From Calditrichales bacterium (GTDB taxonomy: Bacteria > Calditrichota > Calditrichia > Calditrichales > J004): a stretch of DNA of 64,000 nucleotides. The stretch covers positions 4,192,001-4,256,000 of the forward strand of contig OZ254086.1 of NCBI GenBank assembly GCA_965267575.1. Reading direction: 5' to 3'. Both the position numbers and the translations under genes were made by a program. Shown piece by piece: positions 1 through 8,854 of this stretch. The notes beneath the pieces were generated by a model, which had not been told where the DNA came from, searched no databases, and saw only the letters and a program-made list of their open reading frames with translations. The first letter of the stretch is position 1; the number at the start of each line of letters is the position of its first letter.

Positions 1-1
1 A

Positions 2-442
2 ATGGTGCGTGAAGGCAATTTCCGTGAAGACCTCTATTACAGGCTTAACGTGATCACTATCGAAGTTCCGGCGCTGCGTGAAAGGCGTGATGATATCCCG
101 GTGCTGGCGGAACACTTTTTAAAGCAAAACGGTCACCAGAAGATGACACTGACCCGCAAAGCGATCAGCAAACTGGTTTCTTACAACTGGCCGGGAAACG
201 TACGCCAATTGGAAAATATCATCAAGCGCGCCGCGATTATGGCGGAAGGCGACCGTATTGATGAAGAGCATATTCTTTTTGATGAGGATGAGAACGCTTT
301 TTCCGGTACAATGGAAGAGTTCAAAAACCGCCTTATCGCCCAGCGCATTAAGCAATTTAACGGCAACAAGACCCTCGCCGCCAAAAGCCTAGATATGTCT
401 CTGCGGGCCATTCAACTAAAGGCAAAAGAGCTGGACCTGTAA
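2..442 (+). CDS. Sigma-54-dependent transcriptional activator (NtrC/bEBP family), C-terminal part; truncated by window edge
   Basis: FREDLYYRLNV, WPGNVRQLEN AAA+ motifs and C-terminal Fis-type HTH (GNKTLAAKSLDMS). Confidence 0.93.
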   Translation: MVREGNFREDLYYRLNVITIEVPALRERRDDIPVLAEHFLKQNGHQKMTLTRKAISKLVSYNWPGNVRQLENIIKRAAIMAEGDRIDEEHILFDEDENAFSGTMEEFKNRLIAQRIKQFNGNKTLAAKSLDMSLRAIQLKAKELDL

Positions 443-1977
443 TGGCACAGACTATTGGCAATTATGTAATAGAAAATAAACTGGATGAAAACGGACCGGT
501 TTCAGTCTATCTGGCAAAACACCGTATACTCAACCGCCGCACATTTCTAAAAGTCCATAGCGGGGCCGATGACAATTTGATCAGGCGCTTTGAGGAAGAA
601 GCGCGTATCGTTGCCGACATCAATGATCCCCATGTTGTTTCCATTTACGACTTTGGTAAAGCAGGCGACGCCACATTCTACATAGCCATGGAATATGTGG
701 ATGGCGGCAACCTATCCGAATATCTGAAAAACAAGAACCTGTCGACGGATGAAATCCTGAAGCTGTGCCACAGGATCTGCCACAGCATCGCCGTTATACA
801 CAAAAACAACTATGTTCACCGTGATCTTAAGCCGGAGAATATTTTACTTACTTCCGGCGGAGATGTGAAACTGACAGACTTCGGGCTTTCGCTTCATGTT
901 TCGCGCAAGCGTTCCACGCCAAAGGAGACTTTGCTGGGCACTCCCCTGTATATGTCGCCCGAACAGATAAACAACGCCGATACTACTCTGGCAAGTGATG
1001 TTTTTTCGCTGGGTGTGATTTTCTATCAGATTGCCACGGGAGCCCATCCTTTTGAAGCCGACAGCGTTGGTGAAATATTTTCGCAAATCCTTACAAAAAA
1101 GACTCAACCTTTGTCTGAAAATGACTATCCGGCGTGGTTTACAAAGCTTGTTGAAAATATGCTGAACAAGGACCCGCGTAAAAGACCACCAAGCGCCACG
1201 GAAGTTCTTCAGGTTTTTCAAAGTGGATTAGGAGAAAGAAATACTGTTGACGAGAAGGACCGCGAGAACGATAAGGGCGGTTCCAGAACAAAAGTTTTTG
1301 CCGTAGCGGCATTTATAATTCTGGTGGCAGTTTTGGCCATACCCCTTGTAAAAGACCTTATCCAAAAACCGGACGAAGCCGTCCTTTCGCCCGTTGATTC
1401 TCTTAAGGATACTACAACCGTCAGCGATACCACGAAGATGATGCAACAGAGCCAGCCTTTGGCGCAGGAAAACGGCCAAGCGGAGCCACAAATCACTAAC
1501 CAAAATGCTGCCGATACGACCAAAGCAAGCGGCGGCAATAATGAACCTACGCGCATATTTGTCCGCACCACGCCCTGGTGCAAAATCTATATTGACTATG
1601 AATATGTCGATACAACGCCTATGAGTGATACACTTAAAATCGAGCCGGGTACACACACAATTGGCCTGATCAACAAAGAATACCCGTCATGGGTTGAACA
1701 GATCGAAGTTGTTTCCGGACGGGATAACATTTTCAGCTTTAACCTCGATTCAATTTTCTATAAGCTCGATCTGAAAGTTCATCCATACGGCAAGGTCTAT
1801 ATAGATGACCGCCTGGTCGGTACAACGCCCTTTTCTTCGCCACTGGTTTTGAACAAAAATAACAAGATATTACGTGTTGAACATGACGCTTATGAAACGT
1901 ATTATGATTCCCTGAAATGGAACGGTCAGCCTGTTATAAGCAAACGAGTCATCCTAAGTGAAAAGAAAACCAATTAA
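442..1977 (+). CDS. Hanks-type Ser/Thr protein kinase with one TM helix and C-terminal PEGA-like domains
   Basis: HRDLKPEN, DFG, GTPLYMSPEQ; TM VFAVAAFIILVAVLAIPLV; two PEGA-like repeats (IYIDYEYVDTTP, VYIDDRLVGTTP); start overlaps upstream stop (TAATG). Confidence 0.92.
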   Translation: MAQTIGNYVIENKLDENGPVSVYLAKHRILNRRTFLKVHSGADDNLIRRFEEEARIVADINDPHVVSIYDFGKAGDATFYIAMEYVDGGNLSEYLKNKNLSTDEILKLCHRICHSIAVIHKNNYVHRDLKPENILLTSGGDVKLTDFGLSLHVSRKRSTPKETLLGTPLYMSPEQINNADTTLASDVFSLGVIFYQIATGAHPFEADSVGEIFSQILTKKTQPLSENDYPAWFTKLVENMLNKDPRKRPPSATEVLQVFQSGLGERNTVDEKDRENDKGGSRTKVFAVAAFIILVAVLAIPLVKDLIQKPDEAVLSPVDSLKDTTTVSDTTKMMQQSQPLAQENGQAEPQITNQNAADTTKASGGNNEPTRIFVRTTPWCKIYIDYEYVDTTPMSDTLKIEPGTHTIGLINKEYPSWVEQIEVVSGRDNIFSFNLDSIFYKLDLKVHPYGKVYIDDRLVGTTPFSSPLVLNKNNKILRVEHDAYETYYDSLKWNGQPVISKRVILSEKKTN

Positions 1978-2746
1978 GAACATAACCCTTATAATTTTAG
2001 CGATTGCCTTTTTGCCCTGTCTCGCTTCCGCCCAGGGAATCAGCGAAAAGCTTGATGAGCTGGAAAAGGAATTCACTCAGTTTAACTATGAGCAGGTCCT
2101 TCAAAAAGGCGAGTTTCTTATGGGAGACGCCTTCGCGGGAAAACAGGATAGCCTCACCATTCTTACATATATGCTGAACTCGGCTTATGCTTTGAATGAT
2201 ACATCCAGGGCCAAGGACATAATCATAACCATTCTTCAAACCGACGCCCAATACCGTTTAGATCCTGCGGAAAATTCACCAAAGATTATCGATTTCTACA
2301 ACTTCGTGCGAAGTAACAGTAACCTCTATCCCCCAGCGCAAACCACAGAATACAAACCAGCTGATCCGGTAAAGACGATCCCCGGCTGGTATTACACGGC
2401 AAATGTGCTATTCCCGGGCAGCGGCTTCTGGCTAGATAACGATAAAGACAAAGGATTAACTTACGCGGCTATTTCCGCCGTTCTGGGCGGAAGTGCCATT
2501 TATTTAACGTTACTGACAAATGACCGTAAAGACACGTATATGAATGCGCGTACCGGCGCCAATTTCAATTCGCTTTATGACAGCTACAATGAAGCATATA
2601 AGTGGCGCAATATTCTCATTACAACTTACATCGCCTATAGCCTGTATAGCCTGTACGATCTGCACGAAAGCCGCCATGAAGGCCCCTCCCTCGCGCTGAA
2701 GATCAGGCGCGATTGTGTATTTGCCGGCATCAGCATGCGCTGGTAG
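1958..2746 (+). CDS. Exported protein: signal peptide, TPR-like helical N-domain, DUF5683-like hydrophobic C-domain
   Basis: Signal peptide ending ASA-Q; helical region ending YRLDP..SPKI; LFPGSG motif and hydrophobic segments; C-terminal aromatic residue; overlaps kinase gene. Confidence 0.65.
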   Translation: MKRKPIKNITLIILAIAFLPCLASAQGISEKLDELEKEFTQFNYEQVLQKGEFLMGDAFAGKQDSLTILTYMLNSAYALNDTSRAKDIIITILQTDAQYRLDPAENSPKIIDFYNFVRSNSNLYPPAQTTEYKPADPVKTIPGWYYTANVLFPGSGFWLDNDKDKGLTYAAISAVLGGSAIYLTLLTNDRKDTYMNARTGANFNSLYDSYNEAYKWRNILITTYIAYSLYSLYDLHESRHEGPSLALKIRRDCVFAGISMRW

Positions 2747-2892
2747 ATATGCATTTTTTGCATCACTACGAAAAAATTTCATAGTAAAATCCGTTTAAAA
2801 TTAGCCATCAAAGACATTTCTTTCTGTTATCAACTCTTTTTCTTTCTCTATATTGTTGTTTCTTAAGCACTTACAATCTCTTCTATACTCTC

Positions 2893-2908
2893 TGGCATGT
2901 CTGTTGCA
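2893..2908 (+). promoter_or_regulatory. Sigma-54 (-24/-12) promoter
   Basis: TGGCATG-TCTG-TTGCA matches TGGCACG-N4-TTGC(A/T) with exact GG-N10-GC spacing, about 50 nt upstream of the ATG at 2958. Confidence 0.8.
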
Positions 2909-2957
2909 ACCCAATAAGGCGTTCCTAAAATAAATCACAACCATTAAGGAGGACATC

Positions 2958-5129
2958 ATGAGGAGATATGCACTAAGCTTTTTATTTCTGCTGATGACAG
3001 CAGGAATGAGCATGGCGCAATTAAACTTCCCGACGGTTTCCGGTCATGTAACATTGAACGGTGAACCGGTCGATGGGTTTACGCTGCTCATCACCGCTGA
3101 GCAAGGTCTTGAAGGCCAACACTGGTGGGTAGAGACCAATGAAGAAGGCTATTATGAAAGTAATGTTGTCCCGACGACAATTACTATTGCTTCGTACGAC
3201 ACATTTTCATATCAGCCGTTTTCAGAAACCTTTACAGCTGAAGTAGGCCAAGACTATACCGTAGACGTTGCGCTTGAACCGCGTCCGCAGGATGCCGCTT
3301 TCAGCGGTAATGTCAGCTTTGACGGCCAGGCTTATGTTTCTACTGTATATATGTTAAAACTGCCGGACACCACGGACATGAGTGATTTTGAAGAAGTTGA
3401 AAGTCACTTCATGTTGCCCGGACCAATTCCCACGCGTTGGGCTTCCTACAGCTTTGAAACAGACGCACAAGGTAACTTTGACGGCGATGTTCTTTTCGGT
3501 AAGTACGTTGTATATGTCGCCGGAGAGAAAGATATTTTACCGCACTGGTCTGCCGTAGAGGTGACAGGTGATGTTACAGATTACAACATCGTAATGCGCG
3601 AAAAAGTACATATGACCGGTACTGTTTCCAATATGGAGGGTTTTGACTGGGTTACCGTTTCGGCATTTTCAGTTAATGCCGGACGTCCTTTCCAAACCGA
3701 TACCATGGGTATAGACAGCTGGAATTATGATCTTGCCGTAGCACCAGGCGAATACAAAGTACGTGTACAGGCTTTCTTTACCGTTGGTGAGGAATCCTAC
3801 ATGTATATGGCTTTTTATGACAGTGCCCGCACTCCGCAGGAAGCTGATATTGTTGACGCTAATATGGACGTGCAGGGTATAGATTTCAATCTGCCTGATC
3901 CGGCCGTTTACCCGTTCACGGTTAATGGCGTTGTTACCAGCAACCAGAGCGGCAAACCGATTGCAGGCGCGGAAGTTAATGTTATAAGCCATAACCCGCT
4001 GCAGAATACTTTGCGTTCCTACAGCGCGGTTACTGATGAAAAAGGCGCCTATACAATCGAAGGCCAGACCATGCAGGAAGAAGATTCGCTGATTGCTTTT
4101 GTAAATGCGGAAAACTTCTTTGCTGAATTCTATGAAAATGAAGCCACATTCCTGACGGCTGATCGTGTAGCTTACGGACCCAATGAAACGGTTACGCTTG
4201 ATTTTGGTCTTGATACGCTTGATGCCAGCAGCGGATTCAGCATCTCAGGTAGTATGATGGATGAAGAAGGTAACCCGATCGGATTTGGTCAGGTTACGGC
4301 ATATACAACCGCAACAAATGTTGGCGTTACCTATACGCAAGTTGACAGTAACGGTAACTATGCCTTTGATACGATCTTCCCTGACAACAGCACAGTACTT
4401 TTGCAAGCCTGGGCCGGTTTTGAGTACCTGCCTGAGATTTACAAGGATGCTCAAACCTGGCAAGACGCCACACCGATCGAAATAGACGGCGCCAATGTTG
4501 AAGGTATCGATTTCACATTGCAGGCCAAGCCTGCACGTCGTATGCCGATTGGCGCGATTCGTGGCAACGTCGTAGCACCTGCAGCTAAGACAAGCGGAGA
4601 CGCTTACGATGGAGCAATGGTCTATCTTCGTGAACAAGGCAATGCTCAATGGGAAGAAGTTGACTATGTAGATTCCGAAGGACGCTTCTCTCTCGGTATC
4701 GAGACCTATGGCACGTATGAACTGCTTGTTACGTCACCGAATAATCAGGACCATTTAACGATGGTATCCGTTACCGAAGAAACAGGCCTGACAACAGACG
4801 TAACAGTTTCATTAACGTCCATTGGTGATGAAAAGCCGGCGCAATTAGCACGCAGTAACAAACTGCACAATGCCTATCCAAACCCGTTCAATCCTTCCAC
4901 GACAATCGAAGTGGATATGGCCAGAACGGAAGACGTAGCGCTGACCATTTATAATGTGGCCGGTCAGATAGTGAAGACAATTCATAAAGGAATGTTACCT
5001 GCAGGTACAAGCAACTTTGTATGGAACGGTACTAACAACAATGGAAAAGTAGTTGCTTCCGGTCTGTATTTCTATCAGTTGCGCAGTGCCAGCGGTGTAC
5101 AAACCAAAACACTCATCTTCCTCAAATAA
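2958..5129 (+). CDS. Large secreted protein with repeated carboxypeptidase-regulatory-like beta-sandwich domains and C-terminal T9SS-type/FlgD-Ig sorting domain
   Basis: RBS AAGGAGG; signal peptide; acidic composition; C-terminal AYPNPFNPSTTI...IYNVAGQ...WNG...SGLYFY motif. Confidence 0.88.
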   Translation: MRRYALSFLFLLMTAGMSMAQLNFPTVSGHVTLNGEPVDGFTLLITAEQGLEGQHWWVETNEEGYYESNVVPTTITIASYDTFSYQPFSETFTAEVGQDYTVDVALEPRPQDAAFSGNVSFDGQAYVSTVYMLKLPDTTDMSDFEEVESHFMLPGPIPTRWASYSFETDAQGNFDGDVLFGKYVVYVAGEKDILPHWSAVEVTGDVTDYNIVMREKVHMTGTVSNMEGFDWVTVSAFSVNAGRPFQTDTMGIDSWNYDLAVAPGEYKVRVQAFFTVGEESYMYMAFYDSARTPQEADIVDANMDVQGIDFNLPDPAVYPFTVNGVVTSNQSGKPIAGAEVNVISHNPLQNTLRSYSAVTDEKGAYTIEGQTMQEEDSLIAFVNAENFFAEFYENEATFLTADRVAYGPNETVTLDFGLDTLDASSGFSISGSMMDEEGNPIGFGQVTAYTTATNVGVTYTQVDSNGNYAFDTIFPDNSTVLLQAWAGFEYLPEIYKDAQTWQDATPIEIDGANVEGIDFTLQAKPARRMPIGAIRGNVVAPAAKTSGDAYDGAMVYLREQGNAQWEEVDYVDSEGRFSLGIETYGTYELLVTSPNNQDHLTMVSVTEETGLTTDVTVSLTSIGDEKPAQLARSNKLHNAYPNPFNPSTTIEVDMARTEDVALTIYNVAGQIVKTIHKGMLPAGTSNFVWNGTNNNGKVVASGLYFYQLRSASGVQTKTLIFLK

Positions 5130-5152
5130 GCTAGCTTCTTGCCTAGCTTAAC

Positions 5153-5196
5153 CCCTGAAGACCCCCGTTCCCCACGGGGGTTTTTTATTTTCAGGG
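5153..5196. terminator. Intrinsic terminator between convergent genes
   Basis: ACCCCCGT/ACGGGGGT stem followed by T-run; outer stem CCCTGAA/TTCAGGG. Confidence 0.8.
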
Positions 5197-5217
5197 TATA
5201 TCTATTGGAAAGAAAGT

Positions 5218-6711
5218 TCAGGCCGTAACGTGTGCCGGTACAGGCTGGAAAGTGCGTAGATAAAATGAAAAGGTAGTTCCCTGGTTTAAAACGCTGTTCA
5301 CGCTGATGGAGCTTTTGTGCGCTTCAACGATCTTCTTAACGATGGCGAGCCCCAGGCCGCTGCCACCGGAATGCTTGGAACGACTTTTCTCCACGCGATA
5401 AAAGCGATCAAAAATATGCGGCAAGTCTTCGGCGGGAATGCCTTCGCCGTTGTCCCCCACTCTTACCTTTACAACATTGCCTTCGTCGCTGAGTGTTATT
5501 TTAACTTTACCGTTATCGTGGGTATAGCGGATAGCGTTGTCTATCAGGTTGGAAAGTACTCTGTCAATCATACCGATATCGCCAATCACAAAGGGCATGT
5601 TTTTGGCAACGTGGGAAACAAGCTGAATGCCGCGTTGCTCTGCCTGCTGCTGAAACTTAAGTACCACATCCTGCACCAGTTCTGCAAGTGAGAATGGTTC
5701 GGGATGAGGTTTGGTCTGCATGGAATCCAGTTTGGAGAGCTCAAACAATTCATGAACCAACTTATTAAGATTAATAACCTGGCTGAGGATTGATTCCAGG
5801 AATTTTTTTCGTTGATCCGATTTCATGCTGTCGTCTTTCATCAGGATCGTCTCGAGATAGCCCTGTATCGATGTGATCGGACTTCTCAGATCATGGGAAA
5901 TATTGGCAATCAGCTCTCGACGCAGGCTGTCGTTTTTTCTAAGCTCCTCCATGTTACCCTTTATCGTGTCAGCCATATGATTGAAGGCGTAGGTCAGTTG
6001 CCCCAGCTCATCGTCAGAGGTTACGGGAATCCGGTTTTGGTAGTCGCCCTTTTCAAACTGCCTTACTGCCTGGGTTAGCTTGCGCAGTCTTTTTGTAAGA
6101 TTAAAAAACAGCACAGAACCCAGTGCGCCGGTAAAAATAAATATGATGCCCAGCGTAAGTGCCGTTGTACTCAGAATGTAGCTTCCCCCCACTCCACTCA
6201 TAGCATCGTCATAAAGCTCACTTCCCAGAATTACATAAAGATAGCCGACTGCGTCTTTAATGGGTATTTCTGCGGCGGAAAAAACGCGCTCACGGTTCTC
6301 ATTGCGCGGGTCCTGCCCCATTATAGGAAAACGGGCTTTTTCGGAATCAAGAAACGTCTCAATCGGTCCGGTATCGATCTGTTCCCGCTTGATCTTGTCG
6401 GGGTCGGCAAAAAAGGACAGTACATTGCCCTGCTTGTCAATCAGGTATATTTCGATGCGCGGGTTCATTACCATCAGCTCTTTAAAAGTATTTTCAACCG
6501 ATGTATGATCGATGCTGTCTTTTAAAAAGGGTTCAAATTTACCGGCCAGGTTATAGGCAAGGTCGCGGTTAAGTGTCTGGTCGGTTTCACATACAAAATT
6601 AAGCGACGACTGAACCGAAATTAAGATTTGAACCGATCCCAGTAAAAAAAGCAGGAACAGAAAGATCAGCGATATTTTACCGTAAAGTGTGCTAAAAAAT
6701 CCTTTCATCAT
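5218..6711 (-). CDS. HAMP-domain sensor histidine kinase
   Basis: Two TM helices, HAMP (DELGQL..AFN), H-box SHDLRSP, N-box NLIDNA, G-boxes DNGEGI and GSGLGLAI. Confidence 0.95.
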   Translation of the reverse strand: MMKGFFSTLYGKISLIFLFLLFLLGSVQILISVQSSLNFVCETDQTLNRDLAYNLAGKFEPFLKDSIDHTSVENTFKELMVMNPRIEIYLIDKQGNVLSFFADPDKIKREQIDTGPIETFLDSEKARFPIMGQDPRNENRERVFSAAEIPIKDAVGYLYVILGSELYDDAMSGVGGSYILSTTALTLGIIFIFTGALGSVLFFNLTKRLRKLTQAVRQFEKGDYQNRIPVTSDDELGQLTYAFNHMADTIKGNMEELRKNDSLRRELIANISHDLRSPITSIQGYLETILMKDDSMKSDQRKKFLESILSQVINLNKLVHELFELSKLDSMQTKPHPEPFSLAELVQDVVLKFQQQAEQRGIQLVSHVAKNMPFVIGDIGMIDRVLSNLIDNAIRYTHDNGKVKITLSDEGNVVKVRVGDNGEGIPAEDLPHIFDRFYRVEKSRSKHSGGSGLGLAIVKKIVEAHKSSISVNSVLNQGTTFSFYLRTFQPVPAHVTA

Positions 6712-7421
6712 TCAAAATCCTCATACTCTGCAAATTTATAGCCTACACCCCACACGGTTTTAATGTAACGTGGCTGCGAAGGGTCTTTCTCAATTTTGGC
6801 GCGCAGGCGGTTTATATGCGAATTGACGGTATGCTCATACCCGGTAAACTGATAGCCCCATACCTGGTTTAGCAAATTTTCACGCGTATAAGCTTTGCCC
6901 GGATTGGCCGCGAACAGTGCCAGCAAGTCAAACTCCTTGGCTGTCAGTTCAATCAAGGCACCGTTTAAGAGAACACGCCGTTTTTCCAGATTGATGTTAA
7001 GTTCGCCAAACTGCAGTTCACTGACATCCTCCACATTCTGGTCTTCAATAACGGCATTTACGCGACGGATAATGGCCTTAATGCGCGCAATAAGTTCGCG
7101 GATACTGAAAGGCTTGGTCAGATAGTCATCGGCGCCAAGCTCAAGACCCAGCACTTTATCGAACTCTTCCGTTTTGGCTGTGAGCATCAAAATGGGCAGA
7201 CTCTTTTTCTTCTCGCGGATCTTTTTGCAGACATCAAGACCGTTCATCTTGGGTAACATCAGATCGAGAATAACCAGCTCGTACTCATTATCCAAAGCCT
7301 TATCCAAACCGGATTCGCCGTCAACGGCGCGGTCCAGATTCATATCAAGGTCTTTCAGATGCAGCTCCAGCAGATCGCCGATATCGGGGTCGTCTTCAAT
7401 AATCAACACTTTCTTTTCCAT
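6708..7421 (-). CDS. OmpR/PhoB-family response regulator
   Basis: REC (IIEDD, LDLMLP, KPF) plus winged helix (TVWGVGY); overlaps kinase start. Confidence 0.95.
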   Translation of the reverse strand: MEKKVLIIEDDPDIGDLLELHLKDLDMNLDRAVDGESGLDKALDNEYELVILDLMLPKMNGLDVCKKIREKKKSLPILMLTAKTEEFDKVLGLELGADDYLTKPFSIRELIARIKAIIRRVNAVIEDQNVEDVSELQFGELNINLEKRRVLLNGALIELTAKEFDLLALFAANPGKAYTRENLLNQVWGYQFTGYEHTVNSHINRLRAKIEKDPSQPRYIKTVWGVGYKFAEYEDFE

Positions 7422-7461
7422 GGTGCTCCCTCGTTTTTTGTGCAGATTATAGTATACAGCT

Positions 7462-7489
7462 ATAACAATAATATCACAGGGCCATCAAA
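7462..7489 (-). promoter_or_regulatory. Putative OmpR-family direct-repeat binding site
   Basis: ATAACA (7462), ATCACA (7473), ATCAAA (7484) at exact 11-bp period upstream of the regulator gene. Confidence 0.45.
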
Positions 7490-7559
7490 ATAACAGCCCT
7501 GTTTGAGAAACAAAAGAAAGAAAATGTTTCAGGCGGGAAGAAAAAGCTAAATTGAAAAA

Positions 7560-8837
7560 CTACTGATATTCAACATTGACATATTCGGGGTGAAGCCGGT
7601 AATCGCCGAAACCCGTATAATCTTCAAACAAAAAAACTTTTCGCAGCGCGTAATAGCGCCATATTTCATAGGGTCGCGTATTTAGCTCAAACGGATGGCG
7701 CTCAATGTCATCGGGCGGTCCGAATTTGATAAAAATCCGCCCGCGGTCGGTTTTCCACCCTTGCGTGTTGAAACCGGAGTAGCTTTGGTTGGCATAATTA
7801 ACGCGCTTAAAATACTCATCCATCAGCTCGTTCTTTTTTGTGCTGGGATTGGGATCGCGCTGGCGCCAGAATCTTTTAAAGAATTTTTGCTTTTCTTCCA
7901 GATCGGCGTCCTCATAGCGGTCTAAACTATCCGGATTTAAGATATATATCATCTGCTTCAGGGCGATGTCAATATCTTCAACGTTGGTCGGAACGTTTTT
8001 CCAGAAGAAGGTAAAATTGCGCCTGCTCTCGGCCTCATTGCCATCTATTTCCACATTCACCTCGGCAATATAACGGTTGCCTTCAAAGCGTTCTTTTTCC
8101 ACTTTCAGAATATGTGACGTGATAGTGGATCTGACCATTTTAGTAGTTACCGTATCGAACACGGCCCTCTTTTTCTGATCAAGGAAAGAAAACTTTAGCC
8201 GCGCCTGCGTATCCAGTTTTTGAGAATAGATGGTAAAATAAAGGAAGAAATAACCTTCACGCAGGGTGAAATTATTACCAAAAATCGGAATATAAAATTT
8301 GAGGCTTCCTGTAGAATCCAGCGCAACATCTCTCAGAAAAAGAATATCACTAACGGCTACCTGCCCATCAGCAAAATCGTCGATCTCAATTTCCACACGG
8401 CGCTGGGATGACTTTTTGGTCACCAGGTCCACCATGCGCATTAACAGTTCGTATTCGCCTTCCGGCAAAGAGAGCTCCGTATTAAGAATGAGACGTTCAT
8501 CCCGGCTGTTTGTAATCGAATAATCCGCGACATTCAGTGAACGCGATAACGTTCTCGAATATACCAGCTTTTCGTCGTCATCATACACAGCCACCAGCCA
8601 CTCTATCTGAGCATCAAAACCCGTCGTATCCGATTTAACAAACGTGAGATCATCATATAGGATTTGGGCAGTAGTAACAACTTTGCTGCTTTTCAGGTCA
8701 TTGCTGAACTGGCGTGAAACGGATACATCGAAGAAGGGAATTCCGACGCCGCTATACTGGGATTCCTCATAATATTGGGCCTGAGAAAGGCTAAGTGTTG
8801 TTAAAATAATCAGAGCGGTCAGAAAGGATTTAGTCAT
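7560..8837 (-). CDS. GWxTD domain-containing exported protein
   Basis: Signal peptide; FW..RDP.P.T..NE and GWKTDRGRIFIKFGPPD motifs. Confidence 0.9.
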   Translation of the reverse strand: MTKSFLTALIILTTLSLSQAQYYEESQYSGVGIPFFDVSVSRQFSNDLKSSKVVTTAQILYDDLTFVKSDTTGFDAQIEWLVAVYDDDEKLVYSRTLSRSLNVADYSITNSRDERLILNTELSLPEGEYELLMRMVDLVTKKSSQRRVEIEIDDFADGQVAVSDILFLRDVALDSTGSLKFYIPIFGNNFTLREGYFFLYFTIYSQKLDTQARLKFSFLDQKKRAVFDTVTTKMVRSTITSHILKVEKERFEGNRYIAEVNVEIDGNEAESRRNFTFFWKNVPTNVEDIDIALKQMIYILNPDSLDRYEDADLEEKQKFFKRFWRQRDPNPSTKKNELMDEYFKRVNYANQSYSGFNTQGWKTDRGRIFIKFGPPDDIERHPFELNTRPYEIWRYYALRKVFLFEDYTGFGDYRLHPEYVNVEYQ

Positions 8838-8854
8838 AACTCCCTCGTGGTGTT

